64,000 bases of DNA from Hypanus sabinus. Lineage: Eukaryota. Location: assembly GCF_030144855.1 (NCBI RefSeq), contig NC_082730.1, forward strand, positions 4,030,001-4,094,000. Reading direction: 5' to 3'. Below the pieces are notes generated by a model. That model made no database searches. It was not told the DNA's origin and saw nothing but the letters and a program-made list of their open reading frames with translations. Made by a program: the position numbers and the translations under genes. Shown one piece after another: positions 47,225 through 60,133 of the stretch; position 1 is the stretch's first letter; every line of letters starts with the position of its first letter.

Positions 47225-50200
47225 CCTGGAGTAAAAATGTACAGCCAGTGCAGAGTACACCTGTGGCCATTCCCCTCAATAATAACCTTAGATACTATTG
47301 AGAGGGATGACCTCCCAGGGAGGAGCCACAATGACCAGGTCTCTGATACTGAGTTTGGTGCTGTGTCTCAGATGAGCGGAGAGGTGAAGAGGACTGCAGT
47401 ATTGGTAGGAGATTCCTTCATCGGAGGAAAAGAGAAAAGGTTCTGTGGGTGAGATAGAGACACACAAATTGTATCTTGCCTCCCTGATGCCAGGATCAGG
47501 GATATCTCAATTCTTGACCATGGCATTCTCAAGGGCAAAGTTGAGCAGCTGAAGTTTTTGTACATATTGACATCATGACATGGGTAAATAATGTGATGAG
47601 GTCCTGAAGAGCGATTTTATGGAGCTAGGTAGAAAGCTGAGAAACAGGACCATCAGGATAGTGATCACTGGATTGTTGCCTGTGCCATGTGCCACTGAGG
47701 GAAAGAATAGGATGATTTGGCAGGTGAATATGTAGCTGAGGAACTGGAGCATGAGGCAAGGGTTGAAATTTATGGATCTTAGTGATTTCTCCTGGGGCAG
47801 CTATGAGCTGTACAATAAAAGACAGGCTACACCTGATCCCGAGGATCTCCAATATCCTTGTGGGCAGGTTGGTTCAAGTTGTTTGGGTGGGTTTAAACGA
47901 GTTCAGCAGGGGGTTGAGAACTGGAATGATAATGCGGAGGATGAGCGCTATCAGATGTAAACAGATGTAATGTGTAGTGAGACTCCTAGCAGGCAGACCT
48001 ATGCGATAGATAAAAATTGCAGTAAACCGGAAGAGCTGTAATGTAAAGATGTTCAAAATTGAAAAAGGTGAATACAGAACTAAAGGTGTCATATTTGACC
48101 GCGGGCGGTAATAGAATAAGTTCGATGAACTTATAGTACAGATTCAGATTGGCAAAGATGATGTAGGTATCACTGAATAGGCAGGAAGGCAGAGGGTCTG
48201 GCATGGCACTGTTGATAAAAAATTAAATTAAATCATTCGAAAGAAGTGACATAAGGTCAGAAGATGTTGAATTGTTGTAGTTAGAGCTGAGGAACTGCAA
48301 GGGTAAAGAGACGCTGACGGATGTTATCTACAGACGCCCAAACAGAGTTAAGGATGTGGTCTGCAAGTTGGAATGGGAGATGGGAATTGCCTGCCAAAAG
48401 GGCAATGTTACAGTACTCACAAGGTCCATCAATATACAAATAGATTGGGAAAACCAGGTTGGTGTGGGATTCCAAGAGGGGCAATTTCTAACTTATGGGA
48501 TATCTTTCTAGAACAGTTTGTGTTTGAGCCCTGTAGGGGTTAGCTATTCTAGATTGAGTGTTGTGCGATGAACCAGAATTGATCAGAGAGCTTAAAGTAA
48601 AACAATCCTGAGGGGTAACTTATCATTATGTAGTCAAAATGACACTGAAATTTGAGAAAGGGAAGCTGAAATCACATCTTACAGTATTACAGTGCAGTAA
48701 AATATATCACAGGGGCATGAGAGAGGAGTTGTCCAGTACTGATTCAATAAAAAAATAACACAGGCAGGGATGATGACAGAGATGCAATCGCTGCAATAAC
48801 TGAAAGCAATTCAGATGACACAGGATTTATAAATCTCAAAGTGTAGGAAGTATACTAAGGGCAAGATGACACAACCATGGCTACCGAAGGAAGTCAAGGT
48901 CAACATGAGGTCCAAAGTGAGGACATATAATAGAGCAGAAAATTTGCGAGATGTTAGGGAAGTGGGAAGTTTTTAAGTACCAACAAAAGGCAACTAAAAG
49001 TCATTAAGTAGGTAAATATGGAATAAAGCCAGCCAATAATATTAAAGACAATACCAGCAATTTCTTCAGGACCATAAAGTGTGAAAGAGAGGCAAGACTG
49101 GATGTTGGACCAGTGGAAAATGATACTGTTATGGGGACAAGGAAATGGCAGAAAAACTGGATACGTTTTTGCATCAGTCTTACTGTGGAAGAATCTAACA
49201 GTGTGGAGGAAGTTACAGGTATCAGGGGTCATGTAATGTGTAAAGTTATCACTACCAGAGAGAAGGTCCTTGGGACACTGAAAGGTCTGATGATGGATAA
49301 CTCACCGGGAGCAGATGGTGTTCTCCCCAAGATTCTGATAGAGGTGGTTGAACAGATTGTGGAGGCATTAGTAATGACCTTTCAATAATCATTAGATTCT
49401 GTAAAGGTTCCTGAAGACTGGACAATTGCAAATGGCACCCCACTCTTCAAGAAAAGAGAAAGGCAGAAGAAAGGAAATTAAAGGCCAATTAGTCTGACCT
49501 CAGTGGTCGGGAAGATGTTGGATTCAATTGTTAAGGATGTGTTTTCGAGGTTCTCGGAGACACAGGATAAAATAGGCCATAGTCAGCATAGTTTTCTCAA
49601 ATGAACATCTTGCCTGACATGTGTGTTGAAATTCTTTGTAGATATAACAAGCAGGATAGACAAAGGAGAATTGGTTAACGCTGCAAACTTGTGTAACACC
49701 CTGGGAAAGTGTTCACTGCTAACATAATGGATTTTCTGTAGAAGCTGTGTTTGGAGTATTGTGAGCAGTTCTGGGCCCTTTATCTCGAAAAGGATGTGCT
49801 GAAACTGGAGAGAGAACAAAGGAAGTTCATGAAAGATATTCCAGGATAAATTGACTTGTCATATGAAGTGCGTTTGATTGTTCTGATCCTGTAATCAACG
49901 GAAATAAAAATAATGAGGGATGACCTAATTGAAACCTACCAAAATTGTAAAAAGTCTTGATAGAGTGGCTGTGGAGAGGATGTTTTCTGCGGGTGGAGTT
50001 TTGAAGACCCAATAGATTGACATCTACTTCGAACAGATTTGTGGAGGAACTTGTTTAGCTGGAGAGTGGTGAATCAGTGAGATTTGTTGCTACAGGAAGC
50101 TGAGGAGGCCAATTCTTTATGTACATTTAAGGCAGAGGTTAATAGATTCTTAATTGATCACAGCATGAAGGGATACAGGGGGAAGGCAGGAGACTGGGGC

Positions 50201-50260
50201 TGAGAGGAAAACAGATTAGCCATGATGAAATGGCAGAGCAGATTCAATGGGCTAAATGGT
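47225..50260 (+). mobile_element. Degenerate CR1 LINE (esterase ORF1, APE, partial RT, 3' UTR)
   Basis: AVLVGDSFIGG (GDSL-like), GLLPVP, APE remnants and DNSPGADG. RT is internally deleted near 49700. CR1 3' UTR cagagcagattcaatgggctaaatgg. Confidence 0.75.
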
Positions 50261-51835
50261 CATTTGGAAATCCAGCAGCACATCTTGTTCACACAACAAC
50301 TCAGTCAATGCAAATCCCCCGTCATTGGTCTCTCCAGAGAACGAGTAAACCAAACTTGCAGTACTTTTTTGTCCAACAGGGTCTTGTGATCACTACACTA
50401 AATATCCAAAGCAATCAACCGTACTTTTTTAGGGCTGCGCACAGTCTAGGCACAAATGTACGCAACAAGTCCAGCTCCGTCAATATCGAGCAAGTCCACA
50501 TCCATGAAGCTCTTTATCTCCTTTAGCGTCTCTGTCTGCTGCTCTCTCGGCTGCCCTGTCCATTCTCTGACTTCCTCTGCTGTCCATTGGGTCAAACAGC
50601 ACAGAGATCGTCCCTTTGATCCACTGAGGGAACTCCAACCATCAACTACCACTTTACACCAATACCATTTCATTAATCCCATCACCTCCCCCAGATTCTA
50701 CCCCTCACCTTCTCAGTGGGGGCAATTTATAGTGGACAAGTAACCTACCGCCCTTGTATCATTGGAATCTGGGAGGAAATAATAGCACCCTGGGTAACTC
50801 GTACCTTTACAGGGAGAACATGCAAACTCCACACAAATGGAATCTAAAACCAGGATTAAACTGGGTTTGCTGGAGTTGTGAGAAGCAGAACTTCTTGCTG
50901 CCCGTCTGTATGTGATTTCTCTCTCACTCCAGAGACAACTGCACTCCAGCACCATTTTCAGTTTCACAACCTCAACCACTTCCTGCCACCATGTTACAAC
51001 TTTGCAAGTCTTTCATCAAGATCCCACACATCTCGAGCTGCTGAAACCCTTCATTCGTATTCTCTACCTTGTTGATCAATCTGTTGTATTTTGATGTCAC
51101 TGGCTCTGTTTCACCTGACTGACCTGTGCCAGCCTCTCACTGGATCTGGCACAAGGCCACAAACAGTATTAATTTATTGCTCTTGCCCCATGTCTCTTCC
51201 TTTGTTCAACACTGTTCATCCAAACATGCAGCTCAGTCTTCGTCAGGTCACACAGGCTGTTTGTTTGATAAGCCTGTCAGTCTGACAAAATCAAAAACAG
51301 CTGCTTATTTGGAAATGATCGCTCATTTATCAGATTGTCGATCCCACTGCATCTACTTATCGCTGCTTTGATGAGACCGTCCCCGGGGGGGGGAGCCAGC
51401 TCACAAAATGGTGGCTGCAGAGAACACACATAAAATGGCAGCCTCCATTCCTTCTACTACAGGAATATATTTGTTTTTATTGCTTCCCTTGTCCCTGGCT
51501 TATTCCGTGCTTTACATTCCTCCTCATATGCTCTAACCATGAGCTGTAGAATACTTGAAAGTGAGTCCATAGTTTGTGGAATCAATTCAGAGTTGCAGTG
51601 TGAGAAGTTACCCACGCTGGTTCAGGAGTCTGATGTATAACTGTTCCTGAACCTGGCGGTGTGGAACCTGAGGTCCATACCTCCATTCCGACAGCAGCAT
51701 TGAAAGATTATGGACTGGATGGTAGGGTTCCCTGATGATGCATGGTGCTTTCTTGTATCAGTGCTTCTTGTAGATCTGCTCAGTGGTGGGGAGGGTTTTT
51801 TTTATGATGGATTGGCCATATCCACCACTTCATGT

Positions 51836-52047
51836 AACACACACAAAATGCAAGTGGAACGCAGCAGGCCAGGCAGCATCTATAGGGAGAAGTGCTGTCG
51901 ATGCTTTGGGCCAAGACCCTTTGTCAGGACTAACGAAGCGTCAACAGCGCTTCTCCCTATAGATTCTGCCTGGCCTGCTGCGTTCCACCAGTATTTTGTG
52001 TGTGTTGCTTGAATTTCCAGCATTTGCAGATATCCTCGTGTTTGACA
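51836..52047. mobile_element. Penelope-derived hairpin (inverted-repeat) element with 12-bp TSD
   Basis: Arms aacacacacaaaatgc...gcagcatctatagggagaag and cttctccctatagattctgc...ttttgtgtgtgtt are reverse complements. Flanked by accacttca(t/c)gt at 51824-51835 and 52048-52059. Confidence 0.8.
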
Positions 52048-52079
52048 ACCACTTCACGTTGGCTTTTTTGTTCCATTGA

Positions 52080-52373
52080 TCAGGACTGTGGTGCTGAGAT
52101 AAAAGATTAGTCACAGTCCCATTGAAGGGGGAGCAGGCACAAGGATCCAAAAATCCTCCTGCTCTCATTGTTCTTATTTGGTGTGAGGTGACATTCTGAC
52201 ATCAGTCAGTCCGCTCTTGATGTCGAGCGCTGTGGCTTTCTGCCTGTGATCACACCTCTGTATTTCACCTTTTGCACAACACGTACTTTCTTGTCGACTG
52301 CTCCTCACAACGTACTGACTAGGAGGGGAAGCTTTGTGCAGCCCACCAGCGTCTATACTGTTCCGTGAGAACA
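52080..52373 (+). promoter_or_regulatory. Putative proximal promoter of gene 3
   Basis: Unique sequence just 5' of the leader exon, with TGTGGT (RUNX) at 52087, AGATAA (GATA) at 52097 and GAGGGGAAG (ETS/PU.1-like) at about 52323. Motif matches only. Confidence 0.4.
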
Positions 52374-52428
52374 ATGAACACCAGGCATCTGCTGATCTCC
52401 TGCTGGCTAACTCTCTGTGCCTCACTTT
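52374..52428 (+). CDS. SLAM/CD2-family receptor gene 3, signal-peptide (leader) exon
   Basis: acaATG AAC ACC AGG CAT CTG CTG ATC TCC TGC TGG CTA ACT CTC TGT GCC TCA CTT T|gtaagt. Phase-1 donor. Splicing to 61549 gives MNTRHLLISCWLTLCASLSGTAVPP..., a plausible signal peptide. Confidence 0.8.
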
Positions 52429-52768
52429 GTAAGTTTGATTCAGAGCAAGTCTTTGTCTTTAAAATCCTTCTCTGCACGTTCTCTGTTACTGTCTGGACTG
52501 GGGCATTTCTGGGTCCCACACTACCAGTGCAAGGAGAGTGTAGGTTGGGCACAGTGAAGCTGCCTCTCCTGTCACACTCTCATAAAACACGAGTTTGACA
52601 TAGAGAGCAAGAGAAGCTTAGTTATTGATGGGTATTGGGAAAGAGGATTGGCTCATTCTGTAGCCAACGACCCATCCTGCTGCTAGTTCTGGAAATGGGG
52701 CTTGAGAAACTGGCACCAGTTGTTCACAGGATTGGGAAGGATTTGCAGGGATGTGGAATTGTGTACAT

Positions 52769-53447
52769 GAGAGAAAATGGCGGCGTGCCGGCAGTGTGCA
52801 GCGGCCACTCCAGGATGAATATCTGTTATCTGTCTAGTAGGATGCTGTGTACAATCCTGATTTGATGGAGTCGGACATGAAAAGCACGGAGGAACATCTG
52901 GCGATCTTCTGAAATGTCTGCTTCGCTGCCGCTGCTACTGTGTAATTGAAAAATCTCCAGAGAAGAATGCCCCGAATCCTCGACTTTGCCTGTTGCTTGG
53001 CGGCCGGGGCCGGGGTCGAAGCGTTCGGCAGAGATGGTGCTCGGCGCTCGGTGTCGGAGGGCTGGTCGGAGGCTCGAAGTTTTTGGACGGACTCAGAGTT
53101 GGCCGTGGTCGGGTGCTTCCAGGGTGCTGCATCGGCAACTTTGCGGCACTGGAGGCTCATGGCAGGAAGAGTTTTTCTTCCTTCTACCGTCTGCGTGAGA
53201 TGATGGGCTGTCGGGGACTTTGAGACTTCTTCTTTACCGTGCCTATGGTCTGCTCATATCAAATTACGGTATTGCTTTGCACTGTTGTAACTATATGTTA
53301 TAATTATGTGGGTTTTGTCAGTTAGTCTTGGTCTGTCTTGTGTTTCTGTGATATCACACTGGAGGAACATTGTATCATTTCTTAATGAATGCATTACTAA
53401 ATGACAATAAACGAGGACTGAGTGTCCTCATAATCTAATAATCTAAT
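52769..53447 (+). mobile_element. GC-rich non-autonomous retroposon-like repeat, longer copy
   Basis: Starts gagagaaaatggcggcg and ends ggactgagtgtcctcataatctaataatctaat. Same family as 17640-18199. Confidence 0.6.
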
Positions 53448-54622
53448 GTGACCCAGGACCCCTCAGAACCCAGGAACTGGGATCTGGTCTGGAGATATTT
53501 CATGGGAAAAGATCATGATGGGGAATCGCTGCAGGAATGATGGATGGTGACGGCAGGAAGTAGGGAGGCACTGGAATGCACAAAGAAAGTGGAAGTTGTT
53601 AGCTGTCATCTAACGTTTTGGCATCCGAGTGCTGGTTTCCTCTCTCTCTGCAGACAGACTGTCGATCTATCCATAGCCCAAATGACAATACTGAACATTC
53701 AAGCAGTGAGAGAGAATGATGAAGAAAATCGTGATATCATTGCCAGAAAAGGTTGTTAACCTGCAGAATGAGTCGAAAACCTGAGGATTGAGATTGATTA
53801 CGAACACAGCAAAGGGTAACAGAAATATCATTGAAGAAAACGAAAATGGACAATTGAAGGATGTTAAGAACAGACTGTGAGAGCTGGAATCAGGAAATGA
53901 AATAGCAGCAGGTACAACTGTGGTTCCCTTACAGACAGAGGTGGGTCTTTGCAGTGGGGAATGAAGGAACAGTGGAGGAAATAAACCGTGGCTTCTTGTG
54001 TGTCTTTGTGGAAGACACAAAAACCTGCCAGAAATACAGAATAGACAAGTGTTGAATGCAAGGGTAGAAATAAAATCAGTCAGCATCAATGATGAAATAC
54101 CATCATGAAAATTGATAACTGACACAGGCCTGATGAACTCCATCCCGGAGTTTGTGACAAGATGCCAGTAGTGTTACTCAACTTTCTGGTTATCATCTGC
54201 CAAACTCTACAGTTTCAGGAATGGTTCCTTCAGCCTGTTTCAAAAAGGAGGGAGAGAGAGAAAACTGGGAACCACTCACCTGCCCAACTGACACTGGGAA
54301 CAGGGACAATGTTGGAATCTGTAATAATGGGTGTGAAATGCATGCTGAAGAGGAATTATCACAAAGATTGATCAGACTGGTTTCTGATGTGAGGGGTCTG
54401 ACATGTCACTAGTGTGGGAAATAGACGAGGCCTCTATTCAAATAGTTCAAAGTAAGTTTTATTATCAGAGTACATTTCTGTCACCACATACAAACCTGAG
54501 ATTATTTCTCTTCGGGCATACTTAGCAAATCTATAGAACAGCAACTGTAAACAGGATCAATGGTCAACGAACTGTGCAAATGCAAATATAAATAAATAGC
54601 AATCAACAACCTGTTCTTGGAC

Positions 54623-57600
54623 CTGGATTCTTCACCTTTGCAGCATATGGAGCAGGTCGCGTTTCTAGCGGCTCTCTCTCTTTTAATATATTTTATTTCC
54701 CACTAACAGATCCCTTTTAGTTCTAATGACTCACTACTTCTACTGAAGGAATTATTATTTTTATTGAAGGATTCATGACTTAATTACAATGGCCGAAAAA
54801 AGTCGTTCTGGTATTGAATTGCGTTGTGGCAAGACTTTCCCCGAAATGGAGCAAACGGAACAAACCAAGAAAACAGAGGAACCTGTTACACTAGCGGGAA
54901 AATTTTCTTCAATACAAGACCTGGTCAGAATTCGGATCGCTGAGTATTAAAATTCATAAGCTGACCGGTTCAAACGGGAAGCTTGAAAAAGCTATTTCTA
55001 CGATTCAAGACTCGCTGAAAAACTTGGATTCTCAACTTCAAACACTTCAGCAGACTACAACCCGAATTGAGAGCGAGCATGATTTATTCAAGCAAGCTAT
55101 TAAATATCAAGGAATGAAGATATCTTTGACGGAAAAGAAAATCAATGAAATTACCTCGGAACTATCTAAAATGAAGAAAAGAATGGTTGATTCAGATAGT
55201 AGAGGGCGTCGGAGGAATCTGCGTATTCTGGCACTGCCTGAAAATACTGAAGCTGGCGATCTGTTAAAATTATTTTCAAATATACTGTATTCACTTTTCA
55301 ATGAGAACCTCGAAACTAGCCCCTTAATCGACAAAGCCCTCAGAATTCCATACTCTCTTCGTTCAGCCGAATTACATCCTCGAGCAGTTGTACTTTCTTT
55401 GCATTATTACACGACTAAAGAAGCTATTCTCCGAGAAGCCAGAAAGAAACGGAAATTATTCTTCAATTCAACACACATTCGTATAGTTGAAGATTATGCT
55501 CCCGAAATCTTTGCCGAAAGAAAGAAATATCGAGAAGTTATGAGTGAAATGTATAAGTTAGATTTAAATCCCTCCCCTCGCTTTCCAGCAAAGCTGATAA
55601 TTCTTCCTGAAAAATCTCAACCATTGAGAATCTATTCTCCTCACGAGGGATGGGAGTATATTAAAAACTTTAAAGTTAAGCCTACTGAATACAATATTAA
55701 AGTTACATCGATTATTCAATAGCCAATTTTGAAGTATCTGCTGTATGTTGTTTATGGAGCTTTTGAGATAAGTACATGTTATACCTTTTCACTCTCTGCT
55801 ATGGGACATGGTCGATTTTTTTTTTACCTTATTAATAATTAATACATATATAACTATTTTGTAGGGAACCTTTATAGTATTGTACTTTAGTGGTCCATGT
55901 AGGACCTGTTGTGTATTAATCTTTTTATTTTTTTTTATTTGTTTCAATACTTATAGTTTTAGGTCTGTTATATACATATATTCATTTATTTTTATTTTTT
56001 GAGAGAAAGAATATTCTTGTAACATTATTTGCTCGGATTTATTCTTTCTTTTGAGTATGTGTTTAAGCTACTTTAGCTGATTCATGTTTTTATTAATGTT
56101 AGACACAACGTTATAGTAGTTGGATTCTGTTTGTGCCTTTTATTATGGCTATTTTCCATGGGATTTTTGCTTTTTTTATATCTGGAGCTGCAAGTTGGAG
56201 AACAGGGTCAAAGGAGATTAGTTAGCATGGGACCTGCCTATCGGTTCTATCTATCTATTGGGTGGGGGGAGGGGGAGGGGTCTATTCGTAGGTTTTTTTC
56301 TTGATTGAGCAGTTCTTTTGATGGATTTCTCTTTCGTAAATGCGTCACTCCTTCTGGTTGTACCCGCGCCTTTTGGTTTAATCTGTACTTGCGTAACATT
56401 TCTTTCATATAATATTAAACTCAATTTTAAACATGGATGTTAATAAAATTAATATAATATCGTGGAATTAGAACTGTGTCAATCATCTCATTAAGTGTTA
56501 ATAGATTTTTAAGAAATTAAAAACACTTAATGCTGATATTATTTTTGTGCAAGAAAATCATATTCGAAAACAGGATGGGGATAGATTTTTTCTCTTTTGG
56601 AAAGGGACTCTTTTTCACTCACTGTCGGATAGGAAAACAAGAGGCGTTTCTATATTTCTTAGTCCCAAAACCCCTTTTGTACACCTTAATACTACTACAG
56701 ATTCAATTGGAAGATATTTAATTGTTATTGGTTTATTATGTGAGCAAAAGGTAGCTCTAGTGTGTGTATACCTACTTAATGTAGATAATTCTGATTTTTT
56801 AAAGAAACTTTTTTCAGAGTTACTGAATCTCAATGAATATAAGCTGATCATGGGTGATGACTTTAACTGTTGCTTAAATCCGGCGATTGACAGGTCAGCA
56901 ACCAATCCGTTGCTTCCTAATAAAGCGGCAGCTTGTATTAACTCTTTTTTTATTAGAATGTGACCTTGTCGATATTTGGAGATATAAACACCCCAATGAT
57001 AAAGATTTCTCCTTTTTTTCACACGTCCGTCACAAATATTCCCGAATTGATTACTATTTTTTAGATACACATCTGATAAACTCCGTTGTTGAATGTGCTT
57101 ATGACATCATTGCGCTTTCAGATCATGCGCCTTTAAAGTTAATCCTTAAGATCCCAGATAGATTTTTGAAAATCTCACAGTGGAGATTGAACCCTATTTT
57201 GTTACAGGATCCAGCTTTTGTTAATTTTATTAAGGAGCAAATTTCTGTATTTTTTGAATTTAATACAACCGAAGAAATGTCAAATCTGGTTATATGGGAC
57301 ACCTTGAAATCTTTTCCTAGGGGACAGATAATCTCATATTTAGCAGCCTTGAGAAAGAAAACCAAAGTGGAATTGTCAGTGCTTATTAATCAAATTAAAC
57401 AGATAGATAAAGTGTATTCAGTTAAACCTACTGAAGACCATATAAAAAAAGGGTCGAACTTCAATCACAGTATGATTTATTTCTGACCTTTCCCATTGAA
57501 CAGAAAATTTTTAAATCTATAAGTTTATTTTATATACATGGGGAAAAATCTGCTAAACTTTTAGCGGGTCAGTTAAAGGCTGGGATGGTCAGAAGACAGA

Positions 57601-59144
57601 TTTTAAAAATTCGCTGACCAGATAGAACAGAAACTTTAGATCCTTATGAAATTACTAAGATACTTATGGACTTTTATTCTAATCTTTATAAATCTGAATT
57701 CTCTGATAGTAATATCACTATGAATAGATTTTTGCAAAGGTTAAACATACCTCAAATTTTCAATTTTTCAATTTCATAGATTTTTTGAATTAAATGATTT
57801 TTTACTTTCTGGTAATATTTATTCTAATTTCTTTTTTAAACCTTGGATAAGGCTTTTCTAACATGGAAAATTAAGGGAATAAAAACTTTTTTAGAATTGT
57901 TTTTACACAACTGTTTAATGTCTTTTTCACTGTTAATGGATAAAAATGATATCTCCAATACACAGTTTTTCAGATATTTACAGGTTAGGAATTTCTTACG
58001 CGATTTTTTACCAAATTACCCCTTGATCTGCTCTTCAAATTTTGCTTTTGTTATTTTTCAGTTTAAACCTTTTCAAAAAGGATTAATAGCTATCATTTAT
58101 AAACAGTTAATGAATGCTCGCACATCGCCTAATGATAGGGTTCAACACTCCTGGGAAGTAGAACTTCAACATTCACTCTCAGATAACCAATGGAGTAAAA
58201 TTTATTATTTAGTTAATAATTCATCTATCTGCGCACGCCATATTTTAATTCAGTTTAAGATAGTACACAGGGCCCATATGTCCAAAGATAAATTGGTGCA
58301 TATTTTGCCTAATATATGCCCTATTTGTGAAAGATGTAATGCAGAAGTGGCTACTCTAACCCATATGTTTCGGTCATGTGTAAGTTTAAATAATTTTTGG
58401 AGGGATGTGTTTGGAATATTATCTAAAGTTATAGATCTGGATGTTCAACCTAATCCACTTACAGCAATTTTTGGGATTTTCCCAGAGGAAGCAAGTAAAG
58501 TGTCTGCCTCCGCCCAACATGTGATAGCTTTTTCAACTTTACTGGCAAGGAGAGCTATTTTGCTACACTGGAAAGAAACTAACTCGCCCACTGTTTTCTA
58601 TTGTCTCTCCTTTATCATGTCATGTTTAAGCTTGGAGAAAATTAGAAGCCAGACATTTGATACATCTTTTGAATTTGGGGCCCTTTATTTAATATTTTCA
58701 CATGATTTAAGTAATCTTTATTTATTTATTTTTCTCTATTCTCTTTGGACAATATCCCTGTCCATGAAGGTTCAGAGATGACTGGAAGGATGTGTTGTTT
58801 TTTCTCTCTCTTTCTTTTTTTAAGTTTATCCTCATTTGGACTGCCCAATCTTTTTTTTCTTTCTCTCTTTTTTGTTTTAGTTTAGTTAGTGGGGTTTTTC
58901 TTTCTATCAATAAAATTTCCAAACTTTTTTTTTACGATTGCTATGAGGTGTTGTAATTTCTCTCTGACCATTGTATATATAACAGCATAATATATTACCT
59001 ATTTGAGTTTGATATTATATGCTTTTTGTCTTTAATATTGCTGTTTATATGTCTTTTATATTATCTACTTGTTAAACTCCTCTTTCGATTTGTATTTGTA
59101 TATTCTTTATTTGAAAATCAATAAAAAGGATTGAAAAATGAAAA
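54623..59144 (+). mobile_element. L1-clade LINE, both ends intact, RT internally deleted
   Basis: 11-bp TSD TGTTCTTGGAC at 54612-54622 and 59145-59155. ORF1 55024-55722 (coiled coil, GRRRNLRILALPE, IRIVEDYAPE). APE (IMGDDFNCCL, YSRIDYY, SDHAP). Sequence jumps near 57760 to the C-terminal domain (CERCNAEVATLTHMFRSC). AATAAA at 59120. Confidence 0.92.
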
Positions 59145-59616
59145 TGTTCTTGGACGTGGTGGTGCAAGTCCAGAGGCACATGGACCTTCTACCTGGTGAT
59201 AGCAGTGAGAAAGAGCATGGCCTGGGTGGTGAGGATCTTTGATTAATGTAGATGCTTTCAGTGGCTGGGGGGATTTTATCTGCGATGTACTGGACTGAAT
59301 TTGCTACATTTTGTAGAACTTCCACTCAAATACATGGTTTCCATACCAGGCCATAATGAAACCAGCCAGCATACTGTGGGAAAACATTGGAATTCTCCCG
59401 TGAGGAATTCTTCTTTCATTGATAGACTTCTAGATATTAAAATGATCAAGCAAATGGCAAGAAAAAGTTTTAGCCAGGATCAGTTGACTATGTTGTGTGG
59501 TCCATTGGTAGCACATCTGTTTCCTGCTCCTGCTCGTCATGTTGACATGAGCTCGGTAAAGTGTTTGTGAACACAGATCACACAATGGAACCTCAGAGCA
59601 GGGAGTGTGAGTGTTT

Positions 59617-60133
59617 ACACACTGCGGCCATTTATTGATAACATCCTGTGCCTAACAAAGTGGCCACTAAGGGTATGTTCATGGTCTTCTGCTGCTGTCA
59701 TGCATCAGAGATGCTCTTTTTCATCAGCACTGTTGTAACGTGTGGTTATTTGAGCTACTGCCACATTCCTGTCAGCTTGAACCAGTCTGGCTATTCCCCT
59801 CTAGCCTCTCTTATAAACAAGGCACTTTTGCCCAAAGAAATGCAGCGCAATTTGCTTTTTAGATTTAATCACCACTATCTGTTTTATCTAGAGATTGATG
59901 TGGTGAAAATCCCAGGAGATCGGTCGTTTCTGAGATACTCAAACCATCCCATCCGGCATCAACAATCATTCCACAGTCAAAGACACTTAGGTCACATTTC
60001 TGATGTTTGGTCTGAACCTCATGACAATGTCTGCATGCTTTATGCATTGAGTTGTTGCCACATGATGGCTGATTTGGTATTTGCTTTAATGAGCAGATGT
60101 CCAGTTGTATCTAATAAAGTGACTATTGAGTGT
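59617..60133. mobile_element. Tc1/mariner-derived non-autonomous element (uninterrupted paralogue)
   Basis: Matches the joined halves of 26506-29091. Confidence 0.7.

Noticed and set aside
50446-50685. Minus-strand ORF with protein-like composition (EEVREWTGQPREQQTETLKEIKSF...)
   Set aside because: It is short, with no recognisable domain or supported splice sites, and probably a repeat fragment.
50985-51044. Perfect Kozak gccaccATG after an ACTTCCTG ETS motif
   Set aside because: The ORF closes after 17 codons, is not hydrophobic and has no usable donor.
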